Source: Polymyxa betae A26-41 (taxonomy: Eukaryota; Protista; Endomyxa: Phytomyxea). Taken from it: a stretch of 64,000 nt of DNA. The stretch lies in contig RBZT01000705.1 of assembly GCA_003693705.1 (NCBI GenBank), forward strand, positions 1-64,000, read 5' to 3'. A program made the position numbers and the translations under genes. The stretch's first letter is position 1, and the number at the start of each line of letters is the position of its first letter. This document shows positions 1 to 11,683 of the stretch, piece by piece. The notes under the pieces are model-generated. The model was not told the DNA's origin, ran no database searches, and worked only from the letters and a program-made list of their open reading frames with translations.

Positions 1-388
1 TAAGAACCCCCCGACTATAGTCAGTTCGCTTCTATTTTAGGAACCCTACCTGGCTATTTTTAAGCCCATAATGCAAACAGAGACTGAATTTTCCAGTTGT
101 AAGTCGGCTGTGCTCATTTACAGGCGATGTGGAAACACACAGAGAGAGAGAGATAGATATACCTAGTCAGATTACCTCCTCTATCGTCAGCTTTAACCTG
201 GTTAGAAGGTCTCTTCTGATTGCCTGCTTTATTTAGTTGCACACAAACTTATGCAATACTGCTGACAAACGCCAAATTACGACCAACTTATTGTTGTTTA
301 TATCAAGACGCACTGCTTTTTGCATGTCAAGGTTAACTAATCCGACTCCAAGATAGAAAAATTTGGCAATTTGATTAAGAGTTTTATA

Positions 389-1036
389 TCATTCATGAAT
401 GGAAAGTAACAGTAGATCTTTGACAAGATCATGGACAGTAGAATCCAATTCATCTACTCGTCCGATCTCTTTTAGACCGCTGACGAACCATCTCGCCGAC
501 AATCCCGGCGATTGCGGGATACGAATTCGTGACCCCTTGGACGTGTGCGAATACACGTACTTCCAGAATTCCAGTTGATCGCCAATCTCCAGCTGAATTG
601 TGCTAAGTTTTGACGCCGCCATATCGGCAAGCTCAGCCATGCCAAGACGTTCGGCCACGATGAACGTCTGGGCGACAGCGATCTTCGCAGCCAGATTGTT
701 CGGCAGCGTCGTGAACGGGTTCGCAACGGCGCCGTACAAAAATTGTACAGCGGCGGCAGCCGCGAACTCGGAGACATCGGGCAGGATGATCTCGGTAGTG
801 ACGTTGTCTGACAGAAGGTCACTGAAGTACGGCAGCTTTTGCAGAATGTGCCTATGCACGACCAGTTTGGTGGAATCAGGACCGACGGTCAGCTCGACGA
901 CGCCACCGGTCAGGATGGCAGTAAATGGCAACTCGATCTGTTCGTCGTTGGAAGTCATAATGTGGATTAAATGTTTTCTGATTAGAGAATGCATTCCATT
1001 CGGGGGACAATACGATATCAGATCCGGAGGCTGCAT
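389..1036 (-). CDS. BTB/POZ domain protein (intronless, paralog A)
   Basis: VVELTVG..KLVVHRHIL..LPYFSDLL..ILPDVS..AVQFLY is a BTB core; C-terminal VYSHTSKGSRIR; start could alternatively be ATG at 958. Confidence 0.8.
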   Translation of the reverse strand: MQPPDLISYCPPNGMHSLIRKHLIHIMTSNDEQIELPFTAILTGGVVELTVGPDSTKLVVHRHILQKLPYFSDLLSDNVTTEIILPDVSEFAAAAAVQFLYGAVANPFTTLPNNLAAKIAVAQTFIVAERLGMAELADMAASKLSTIQLEIGDQLEFWKYVYSHTSKGSRIRIPQSPGLSARWFVSGLKEIGRVDELDSTVHDLVKDLLLLSIHE

Positions 1037-1141
1037 GACGCCACGCCGTTGCTTCCGACGAACTAATCGCCGTTCATCAATGAAGTATCAAATCTCTTAT
1101 TGCACCATGATTTCGTTATGTCTGGATAAGAGTCCTCGCCT

Positions 1142-1948
1142 CTATTCGTGAACAGAAAGCATCAACAGGTCGAAAACAAGATCACTGCTGGCACCGGCGA
1201 GATCAGCCAACAGATCGTCTTGTTCCAGACCGCGAATAAAAACCTTTGCCGAAACATGACGCTGATTTGGGATGCGAATGGCGCTACCTGGCGTTGTCTT
1301 TTTATAGACGAATCGCCAATACTGAAGCTGGTCGGGGATTGATAGCGGGACGATAGCGAGGGCATCAACACAGGCCCGACAGACGAAGGAGATCTTCCAT
1401 TTTTCAGCGAGGATAAATACTTCCGCTAAAGCCAGCTTCGTCTTCAAATCGACCTTATCAACGAACGGGTTGCTGTAAGGTGGCGTCCAACGATCGCCAA
1501 CGTAAAGATATTCGAGGACGGCAGCGACTGGGATAGGCGGATCCTCAGGCAGATAAAGGACATCAAGATGAGGACTGTGCGATAATAAGTCGGCCAGATA
1601 GGGCACCGCTGGAATGATCACACTGCGATGAACGCGAAAGCACTGTTTTTCAGCCCCTGCAATCAGCTCGATAATATCGCTGGTTAGAACGTGCATGTAG
1701 GTCACGGATGCATCGGGCTCGTAGCCTTCCAGATCAGTACGCGCATCAGTGCATTGAGACGCGTCCAGGCGTGAAATCGAGCAAGAGGCACCCTGGCTCA
1801 TGCTAGTCACCGAGGTCTTGGTGCTCGCGACGCCCGGCGTCTCAGATCTGGCTGCAGCAGGGAAAGATGTGCTGCTCTGAGTCCTGCATGATGTCTCCTG
1901 AAGACAGTCGCGGTCGGCGCAGGATTCGGACAATAGGGAAGATGTCAT
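1142..1948 (-). CDS. BTB/POZ domain protein (intronless, paralog B) with S/T-rich N-terminal extension
   Basis: IIELIAG..FRVHRSVI..VPYLADLL..LYLPED..VLEYLY; aligns with paralog A through to the C-terminus (DLLMLSVHE vs DLLLLSIHE); first ATG at 1948. Confidence 0.8.
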   Translation of the reverse strand: MTSSLLSESCADRDCLQETSCRTQSSTSFPAAARSETPGVASTKTSVTSMSQGASCSISRLDASQCTDARTDLEGYEPDASVTYMHVLTSDIIELIAGAEKQCFRVHRSVIIPAVPYLADLLSHSPHLDVLYLPEDPPIPVAAVLEYLYVGDRWTPPYSNPFVDKVDLKTKLALAEVFILAEKWKISFVCRACVDALAIVPLSIPDQLQYWRFVYKKTTPGSAIRIPNQRHVSAKVFIRGLEQDDLLADLAGASSDLVFDLLMLSVHE

Positions 1949-2007
1949 TTGACAATTGCAGAATGACAAATGAATGGTGCAGAATGATGCGCCTCCGATA
2001 TGGGATA

Positions 2008-2191
2008 ATGGGGCGACCCTATCATGGATTCTGCTGACAGCTAATGGGGTGATGGGGCGACCCTATCATGGATTCTACTGACAGCTAATGGGGTGATGGG
2101 GCGACTTTATCATGGATTCTACTGACAGCTAATGGGGTGATGGGGAGACCTTATCATGGATTCTGCTGACAGCTAATGGTGTGATGGGGCG
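2008..2191. repeat. 44-bp minisatellite, about 4.2 copies
   Basis: unit ATGGGGCGACCCTATCATGGATTCT(A/G)CTGACAGCTAATGGGGTG starting at 2008, 2052, 2096, 2140 and (partial) 2184. Confidence 0.95.
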
Positions 2192-2544
2192 TCCCTGCGC
2201 TTGCAAAAATCTCATTAGGGTCCACTCAGTTGAAAGACTCAGACAGGTTGGCTGATTGAGACCCTTGATGAGACCAAATCCAGAATCCTGATGGGCGACC
2301 TGGGCTATCTGATTATCATAAAGATCAAGCTATCTCATGATGCCAAGACATTTCTTGTAATGATGATTAGAATGGAACGGCGGTTTATCTCTGCATTGCG
2401 AGAACGACGATAATCTATAGATGTAATTTCTCTCAATTGCTTCTTGAATTGCGAAAGTTTTGAAAAATTGACATTAATGACCAGCTTATTTTTTGAGAAT
2501 TTTTAGAAAATGAAAACGACGCTTTTTTATGATATAAATTTCAA

Positions 2545-4207
2545 TTATCGATTCTTTCTGAAGTCGTTAGCGACCTTGGCGATCATTTCCCTTCGCTCTG
2601 GGCAACACATACTCGGTTTGCAGACCGACCTGCTACAGATTGGTTCATGACAGGTATGTGATCTACTCAAGATCTTGGTGATCTGACCAGATGCGACCAC
2701 CTCGGGCTGGATCGTCGACGAATGGATTCCCTCCGAATGCAGCAGCGCTTTGATCTCGTCCGAAATTCGCATCCAGGCGCCAGCGTCGCGCGTCAGGATG
2801 TGCATGGACGCGACGACTCGGCTGCCGACCAGGGTCCAGACGTGGATGTCGTGGACCTCATCGACGCCATCAACCTCCAGGATCCGTTGCGTCAACGCCT
2901 TCAAATTGATGCTGGTGGGCGTCTCTTGCTGCAGAACGCGAGCCGTCTCCTTAACTAACGGCCAGGTTCCGATAATAATTATAATCGAGATGAAGACAGC
3001 AGACATGGGATCCATATAGAATCGCCAATTGCCTTTGCAGTATTTGATCACGAGACCGCTGACGGCGACGGCTGCTGAACCCAAAACGTCGCCGACAAAG
3101 TGAATGAGAATGCCACGAACATTGACGTCCTTCGGGCCGATTCGCGACCAGCAACTGCGATCGTCATCTTGGTCGTTGACGTGGCTGTGTCCTGAATGGC
3201 TGTGTTCAGTACCACTGTGGCTGTGTTCGTGGCTGTGGCCGCCGCCGCCGCCTCCATGGCTATGGCCATGACCATCGTGGCCGAAGACGATCATGCCCAG
3301 GAAGTTAATCGCCAAACCGATGTAGTTCACGTTCAACATTGTGTCGACGTTCTGCGCCAGCTTGTTGTTCTCCTCGTATCCGGTCATGAACTTGTCGAAG
3401 GCTTCCATGAACATGTTCAAGCTGAATAAAGTCGAATCAGCATCAGAAACGTTACAAACGAAATTTTTCGAAAAATCGAGAACTTTTTTCAAAAGATTCG
3501 TATAAGCGTAACATTAACATATCCATGAAGAAGGCGGTCTGCTCTCACCAGATGGCTAACATGAAGGTAGAGTTCATCAGAGAGGCAACAATCTCCATCC
3601 GCTTCAAACCGTATGTTTTCGAATACGTCGAGTGGCGCTTGGCGGACCTCATGGCGTAGTAGCCGACGACCAAGGCGATGAAATCCGATAACATATGCAT
3701 GGCGTCGGCCACCAATCCCAGCGAGCTGATTTTGATACCATAGAACAGCTCGGCGACACAATAGACACCCGTCAAAACGAACATGCCGATAAATCGGACG
3801 GCGTCCCGATCCTTGTACCATTTCTTTCTGTCATCGACGAACCCGTTGGACGGTTCATATTCGTCGCTGAGCTCGTACAATCGCAAAACTTTCTTCTCCT
3901 TCGTCTTCTTCGGGAGGTCATGGACGACGACTTCATCGCCGATTTTACAATCTAGCTGTCCGTCGTCGTTCAAATAACCAGTATGATCGCCATGCTGAAC
4001 GGCCTTATGGCCACAACTGTCATTATGCTCGCCCAGCTTACAACCGGAGACTCTTCGAGCCTGCTGTCCTCCATTGCTGAGAGAGCGATTTGATGCGGGT
4101 GGCGTCTCGCTGCTGTTGGCAATAGACTGTACAGACTGGCGAGGTCTCGGAGCTGGGGGCGCCGGTGGCGCTGGCGGGATTTGGCTCTGTTGTTTGTCGG
4201 ATGGCAT
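2545..4207 (-). CDS. CDF-family zinc transporter (ZnT1/SLC30A1, Zrc1-like), 2 exons
   Basis: SLGLVADAMHMLSD, TYGLKRME, His-rich loop HGHSHGGGGGGHSH, NVRGILIHFVGDVLGS, VHDIHVWTL, GIHSSTIQPE; GT-AG intron 3422-3548 restores FMLAICLNMFMEA. Confidence 0.95.
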
Positions 4208-4972
4208 CCTTTGCTGTGAAAATTAATACAATCAAGCTTGATTGCCGGTTTTCGTATTGACAACTTTTCCGATTGTGAAATCTACCCAAGATCGAAAGTT
4301 CCGAAACGCTGATGAATCATTTCGTTGCCGGTCCCAGGTGATTCATGCGATCATCCGGCCGCAGCCAGAACGCCTGAAAGCCAGCGTTATGAACGACTTA
4401 TGTTCCGAGCAAATGCAAACAATCAGGTACAGTTCTTAGACACTCTAAAAAAGACGACTGGGAGGAGTACCTGTCGTTACCATTGTTGTTATCATATTAA
4501 CGAGGACACACAAATGTTCTGGTTGCCCATACCGAACGGGCCAGTACCGCCTGTTGAGTAACTTCGATGTGAGGGAGGCACGCGCACAGTGAAGGATGTT
4601 CTAGAACATCGACTCAGGTATGTAAGTCATTCCAGAAAAACTCAAGCGCTGAGAACCATGCTTTTGAACCAAAAAGGGAGCGTAAGAAAGATCGGCCAAA
4701 TGATGGGCGTCGCTGTCGTTCAGCATCGGGGTTTGACGCGTCAAGTCAGCAGCAAGCAAGAGCGGCTTCTAGGCATCGATTTCTATAAGTTGCCGAGTTG
4801 CAAGCCCGCCCGGATTCTCGGGTACGACCTGAGCCAAGCCATCCAGGTCTTCATTGAATCATAAGCTGAACGCGAAATGCGTTGAGCGTGTATATCAACT
4901 GAATATGACAAGTTCCATCAGATCTGATAGAGCAGTGTGATACATTTTAGTCAATAAAAGATGAAAACGAAA

Positions 4973-5870
4973 TTAGTCATCCTGGGTTTCTTGGGTATCC
5001 TGTGTCCATAGAGTCAAGTTATCACGTAACAATTGCATTATCAACGTGCTGTCCTTATAGGACGCCTCGTCTAAGGTGTCCAGTTTGGCAATAGCATCGT
5101 CGAACGCATTCTTCGCAAGCTCGCAAGCCTTATCAGGTTGCTGCAGAATTTCGAAATAGCATACGGAGAAGTTCAGGGCTAAGCCGAGGCGGATTGGGTG
5201 CGTTGGTGGCAATGGGTCGGTCGGGTTCGTGGCTAGTTCGAACGCCTTCTCGTAGTTCTCTTTAGCCTTCTCCGCATGTTGCTGATCGGGTTGGAATTCA
5301 GCAAAGTAACGGTAATAATCACCGGTCATCTTCAGATAGAAAACCTGCGGACATACATTAAGGAATTCGCTTCCATTTAAACAAAAAAAATCACCTGCGA
5401 CTCAATGTTGTTTGCCTTCTGTGCAGATGGGATCAGGAAATCGTGAAGGACGTCCAGAACTTCGCGGCAGATCTTTGCCAGCTCCGCTTCCACTTGTTTG
5501 CGGTAGATACAGATTAACTCGTTGGACTTGTTTTCCTGTAGACAAAAAAAAATGAAAAAAGAACAAAGGCGAAAACCCCGAGACCGACTTCAATATTAAG
5601 CGTTCGCCAAGATGCACGTCGAGCGCCAATCACATTCTTATAGGCAACGGATAGGAGATTGCGCTCTTCAACAGTTAAATCGCCTTTCACTACTTCAGTG
5701 ACCAGGAGACGCATGAATCTCGTCATATCTGCAATGACATCAACACCAGAGACCGCAGCGATGGCATGATGCATACCATCATAACGTTCAGCGGTTTCGG
5801 CGGCCTTGGCCATGAACAAGAGCTGATCCTTGTTCAAGTGGCCAAGTTCGGTGTCGACTGTTTCTACCAT
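4973..5870 (-). CDS. 14-3-3 protein, 4 exons
   Basis: [70 protein letters not shown]. Confidence 0.98.
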
Positions 5871-6506
5871 GGTTCGTTAGACACGCGAAGACAGCGACGA
5901 CGACCACGATCAATTAGCAGATTGTAAACACAACTGAATATGTGCGTGGTCCTTGCCTCTGACAAACTCGATCGCCTCGGGAGTCTATAATTCCAGATGA
6001 GGGCTGCGCTGCACTCTATGCCCTGCCACTATTCAGACTGCAGTAACGCTCATATTAACATGGGATTGTAAGGCCGATTCCGGTTCCGATCTGCAATTTA
6101 ATGCATGTCATAGTTTAAGGTTTCTGTATTTATAGAATACGGAAACGTAGGCTGCCTTGTTGAGTCGCTGGGTTCCCGAGTCATTTCACCTAAGCAACCG
6201 TCAACGGCAAACAGCTTTTCTGGATATCCGCCTTTTGCTGAATTGTTTTTCAATAAAAAATCTAATTCAACACATAGAATTTTGCAATAAAACTGAATTT
6301 TTCATAAAAACCGTTCAGAAGATGCAAGAATAGCAGGCTGCGCCATATTACAGAATCACGCCGATTGTCTGACGAAGCTGAACACTGAACCAGACAGCGA
6401 CTGATCGCCTAGTACACGGTGCAATCGGTGCCCATTCTGTTAACTTCGAGGATCTGTCTGCTATACGGTTTAGTCAGAAAGCTTCGTGTTCTGTATATAT
6501 ACAGAG

Positions 6507-7304
6507 ATGTATATCGAATCTGCGCTGGTCGTTTTGGTCTCCATTGCCAGCGCTTTAGTTGCCGAAGGTGATTTCATTTCCAACTATTGCCTAGAAACCC
6601 GATGTTCATTATCGCAAATGTAGCGATCTCTTGGGTGTTGATATATCGAACTGAGACGTACAAGACTCTGTCCAAAGAAATCGACCGCCTCAATGTCAAA
6701 TGTAACTGACATCTGATTCACACCTTACCATCGTATTAAATTAAAAATTGCAGTAGAAAAAGCCAAGGAAAAGGTTGTTTTTATCCATTCCAAAAAACAG
6801 AAAGACAAACAGGTTTCTCTTTTCGACGAACAGCTCAAAAGTACAGAATAATTATCACATTCCAGCTTTACGGCTCACTCTTCGCTCAGACAAATCTCGA
6901 GATCTCACTGTCGTTAAATTCAAAAGCGGGATTTTTGTCATGATGATGATGGTGGCTAGCATGGCGTTGTTAAATAGGGAATTCGATGGACGTCCTGTTG
7001 CCAAACTGCCATTCACCCCGATTCCTTTGATACGAGGTCAGATGCTCCATATCATCACCAATCTTACAGTAGCTAAGTTCTGTTAGGCATTACCCATCGC
7101 AATCTAAATGGATATGATTTTACCGACTGCTCGATGACATTCCTTTATGTAATCGGATCTTTTGCTGCAATAAGAAGAACGACTAATTGTGCTTGGTTCT
7201 AGGTGCTATGCTCTATGTCTTTCAGAGGAAGCATTCAGAAACTATTAGGATTTTCACCGCCAAAATCCGCTTCCAATTTCTTCACGCCGTCATTGGACAA
7301 ATAA
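6507..7304 (+). CDS. TMCO1: TMCO1 (Oxa1-superfamily ER membrane protein), multi-exon
   Basis: spliced MYIESALVVLVSIASALVAEAISWVLIYRTETYK..., FDGRPVAKLPFTPI, ITHRNLNGYDFTDCS, VLCSMSFRGSIQKLLGFSP; stop TAA 7302-7304. Confidence 0.92.
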
Positions 7305-7333
7305 ACAGTTGTATCTGGCAATTCAATCTAGGT

Positions 7334-10300
7334 TTATAAGTACAACGATGCAGCGAAAACAATATCTCTTTTGATGCTGATAATGCCTTGCTCGAACCGT
7401 TGTTCGAGATCGGCATTTCCTATCAGCTTGGCAGCAGAGCTTAGTTGTCGCATAAGTTCTTCCAACCTTCGCATGCAACGAATGATACTTCCTTCGAAGA
7501 TGTTCGGTGACATTTTGCAGATTTCGGCGAATTTCGCCCCTTTGCACCAAGCCTAGACAATAATAGCATTACCAATTTGCGATTGGATACAACTCCTTAT
7601 CTTACTTGAACCAAAGGCATCATATCTGGTTTGAATGAGGCAACATATTCAGTCGCATCGATGACGAGCTTGGACTGGTTAGATACTTCAGCAATGTGCT
7701 TAGCAGTATCCCGTAACGTTCGCAAAGGACCCGCCAGATTCTCAGGTAAGGTAAGATTATCATCACCCTAAAATACGAAAAATTTAGAGAGGTGTCTTAG
7801 TCTAATAGTCACCGAACTTTTTCGGTGTAAACAAGACACGAGAGCAGAGCTACGAGCTGCTCGTTGTTAAGCTCGTTGAAGACACCAGAGAAGATCAGTT
7901 CGGTCGCCAACAGTTCATCAGCTGTGCTGATGCAACATGCGACACGACCTTTGACATCAACCACATTGTCTGACGTGATGAATCCCAGACGTCGTAACAC
8001 TCGTTTCATCGATTTCAGATTTGATGTGAACATCGACGATTTCGCAAATTGAAAAACCTGTAAACGTGTTGAAATTATGAAATGGAGGGGTCGATCTGTT
8101 ACTAACCTCATTGTTCAAGATCTCAATATCCCGATCCAATTGTTTTTTTCTGGTAAATACATCCCACTGCTTCTTCACATCTTCATCGCCAGTAACAGCA
8201 GCACCATGCAGATGATGCTGCTTTAACTGAACTTCAGCCGACTCAATCAAGCGGATGACCTAAAGAATCGGAATGTTTAACAATGATAACAAGGATGTCA
8301 CGAAGAAGAAACCTTGGCCATGGCTTCGTCAGTGATTTTCATATCTTCTACCGGGTCCAATTCGGGAATTCCGTTAGGAAAGCGACGACTGACCTCATCA
8401 ACAGCTCTTATAACAGACACACCAGCTTCCTTGCCTAACGCAGAATCAGCATCACACAAACGCGTTCGACGAAGAAATACGGACCCGTAAGCTGCTTTGG
8501 CAAGAAGACCCGAATCGAGCTGATCTTCGTGATTGAGCTCATGGGAATCTGAATAATTCGCGAGGAGTACTTGGAACCTTGCGACGCATCCTGAGGTATA
8601 ATTGCAGCTGAAATACAGCACCTAAGAGCTGGTCCATATATCGAAAGCGTTAAAACCAACCTTTCGGAGTATCATCCTGAATTAGAGCGCATTTCACAAT
8701 GACATCGACAACGAAGATCGGCTCAGCCTTCTTATCACGTTTTGCATTCGGCGTGTGCTTCTTGAAATTGACGACTGCTCCCCAACCAAATCCGGTTCCT
8801 GCAGTTTGGTTAGAATCTGACCCAGATGCAGGAACGCTGTCAAGACAAACCGTATGTCGGATCGTTGATCTGGACAAGACGTCCCGGGTTCAAGAAGGGC
8901 AGCAGGAACTGAGGGGAGTTGCGAACTTGAAGCATCTTCTCAGTAAGAAGAGCGACGCGCGACCTTAAATGGTGATATTCATTCATATCAGCCTCACATG
9001 CCAGCGAAGAGGCCAAAGAATCGCGCTCAGCAGCAATTTGTTGCAATCTACAAGCAGATTAGCGCGATTGGCGATGACGACCCATTCTGAGCACACCTTT
9101 CATCGAGTTTTGGGGCGGCACGAGACGCCTGGAACTGATGGAATGAGCGCTCGATGACATATTCAGGATCGGCGCCTTCAACAAGAAGCAGATTCAAAAG
9201 CATGTTATAGCCTGAGCTTGCTGTCAGATACTCAACGATGAAACTTCCAATATAACATACCAAGATGGAAGCTACTATATAGAGGATCGGCCTGACCCAT
9301 AAGAACCTGTTTGGCGTCCTGTGGCTCCAATTTCTCTTCCATCATCATAATGACGAGACCGCGCGCATCAAGTCCTCGACGACCGGCACGGCCGGCCATC
9401 TGAATCCAATAAGCATAACAGCACAAGGTGAACACAGAACAGAATCCACCTGGACGTATTCTCCCGGAGACACCAGACGGAACTCGCTGCCATCGAATTT
9501 ACGGCACGATGTGAAGACGACTTCCCAGATAACACGCGTCAGACAATCGAGACAGCGAGCGATATTGAAAGGACGTACCGGTCTTGGCGGGCATATTCAA
9601 TCCCATAGAGAACGTCTCTGTAGAGAACAGCACCTTCAGCAACGATTCCTGGAACAGAATCTCGATGACCTAGACCAACACCAATCAGACAGCCGATGCG
9701 AAATGTCTATCAAAGAGACCTCTTTGACAATTGGCAACAGACCACCATGATGGATTCCAATTCCACGACGAAGCAGCGGGATGATATTGACAACCTGCGG
9801 CAGATTTTGATCCTCGCTGCTTAACGTCTCGATAGCGTTGTTGAAAATTTGCTGAGCAACGCAGTGTCACAAACGACAGGACAATAATAAAGCCTGTGAA
9901 AGATACCTGAATCATTTTCTTCTCTTCGTCATCGGTAAAGTCCAATTTGGATAGTTGCAGAGCGTACGATTCGCATTCGCGCTTCGAGAACGAGAAAATG
10001 ATGACGGGGTCATAGCGGCGCTCCAAAATCATTCGAACCAGCTTGAAAATATCAGAGTTGCCGGAAAACCCGGAACCGCCTCGTTTCAGGCCGCTATTAC
10101 GTTTGCCAGATTCTATTCGAACAACGTCAAGATATGAAAAGGACATATAATTGGTTCAACGACCTTTGGCAACGACAGGCTTTTCACTATTCAGACTGGC
10201 GCAAGCCTTCTGGAAGTTATCCTCTCTGAACTCGCCTTTATCGTCGACGACCAGATAGAGACCATCACCGCCTGCCGGGAAGATGTAGTGCTGAAGCGGC

Positions 10301-11425
10301 GTCGGTCGCTGATCGGTATAGACAACATTACAAGGCTGGTCGTGAAGCTTGGAAACCCACATAGCGAATTCACGAGCGTTCGGAATCGTCGCTGATAAGA
10401 ACACAAATCGAACCTAAACCATTATGAGAATAGTTGCAAGGAAAGTCAGAATCAAAAACCGACTTTATGATGGAGAAGAATCATGGTCTCTTCCCAGACA
10501 ACACCACGTTCACGATCACGCATGTAGTGGATTTCATCGAAGATCACCCATTTCACTTCCCGCATCACTTCGCTGCCTCGGTAGAGCATGTTACGAAGAA
10601 TCTCGGTGGTCATGACCAAACATGATGCCGATGGGTTGATGGTAACATCACCTGTCATCAGACCGACATCACCGAACTCCTAACAGCAATCTAGTGAGTA
10701 CAGCAGCAACAGCATCAAGCTCAGGCTAAACGAAGAATGTCCACAAAGCAAGCAACACATGATGAAAACGGTATGAAAGATTCAGACCTCGTTCAGCTCT
10801 CGATACTTCTGATTTGAAAGAGCCTTGATCGGTGACGTATAAACGACTCGCTGCCCATCACGTAGCGACATGGCAATGGCATATTCAGCCACGACCTGAT
10901 AGACACCATGAATCAACGCCGCCGAGCCAACAATCAGAATCGTACGGTTTTACCCGCCGATGTATGGGCGGCGACCAGAACGGATTCGTTCTTCTCCAGG
11001 CAGTTCACAGAGATCTGCTGGAATTTATCCAATGTGAACGGGTACGTCTTGGCGGGTGCCACCGGCTCCGGCAGCGATTCGGCCGATTCGGGCGAGTAGT
11101 TTGGAGGATAGACTCTCTCATGAACACAGCGTTCGGTCTGATAGATAATGAGCTAACAGAGCAAATGAAACCCTAGCTACAGTACTGTCTCAACGGAGTA
11201 TTCCTGATGTTTGTAACAGCCGAACGATTCGGTGCTCTTTCGAAGATCCAGATCGGCTATTTGCAGGCCATTTCCGTTGATGCTGCCGTCTGGATTCAAA
11301 GCCGAGATTTTCGCTGGATTCCCATTGTCGATGCTCTCACTTGCGGCACCGTCCTGACGTTTCCGTTTGACGCCCGATTCAGAGGATACAGGAGCATTGA
11401 AGACATCGAAACATGGATCAGTCAT
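7334..11425 (-). CDS. MTR4: Exosome RNA helicase MTR4 (Ski2-like DExH), many introns
   Basis: [65 protein letters not shown] arch GWGAVVNF, C-terminal [13 protein letters not shown]. Confidence 0.97.
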
Positions 11426-11683
11426 TTTAGAAAATCCGCCTCGATGATTTTCCGAAGATATTCAGAAAATTTCAAGAAAAATGGCCCAATGTCCGCGACG
11501 GACTTGCCGCATCCAAACCGCAAATCGCAGAACCTTCAAAAAAAGCGAACAGGTTCTGTTCTGCTTCTATCATACCAGTATGTCAAATTGGTTCGACTTC
11601 GGGAATTAATACAATACGACTTTGTTGATTTACGACTTTACGTGCCACAATGACTAAAATAAACTTGGTAAATATACATTTAC

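Noticed and set aside
2008-2191. 44-bp repeat as a CRISPR array or box C/D snoRNA cluster (GTGATGG and CTGA in each unit)
   Set aside because: Units are contiguous with no unique spacers, there are no cas genes, the context is eukaryotic, and the unit is too short with an imperfect C box
4589-4864. 91-aa plus-strand ORF between ZnT and 14-3-3
   Set aside because: GTG start, no motif, no supportable gene model
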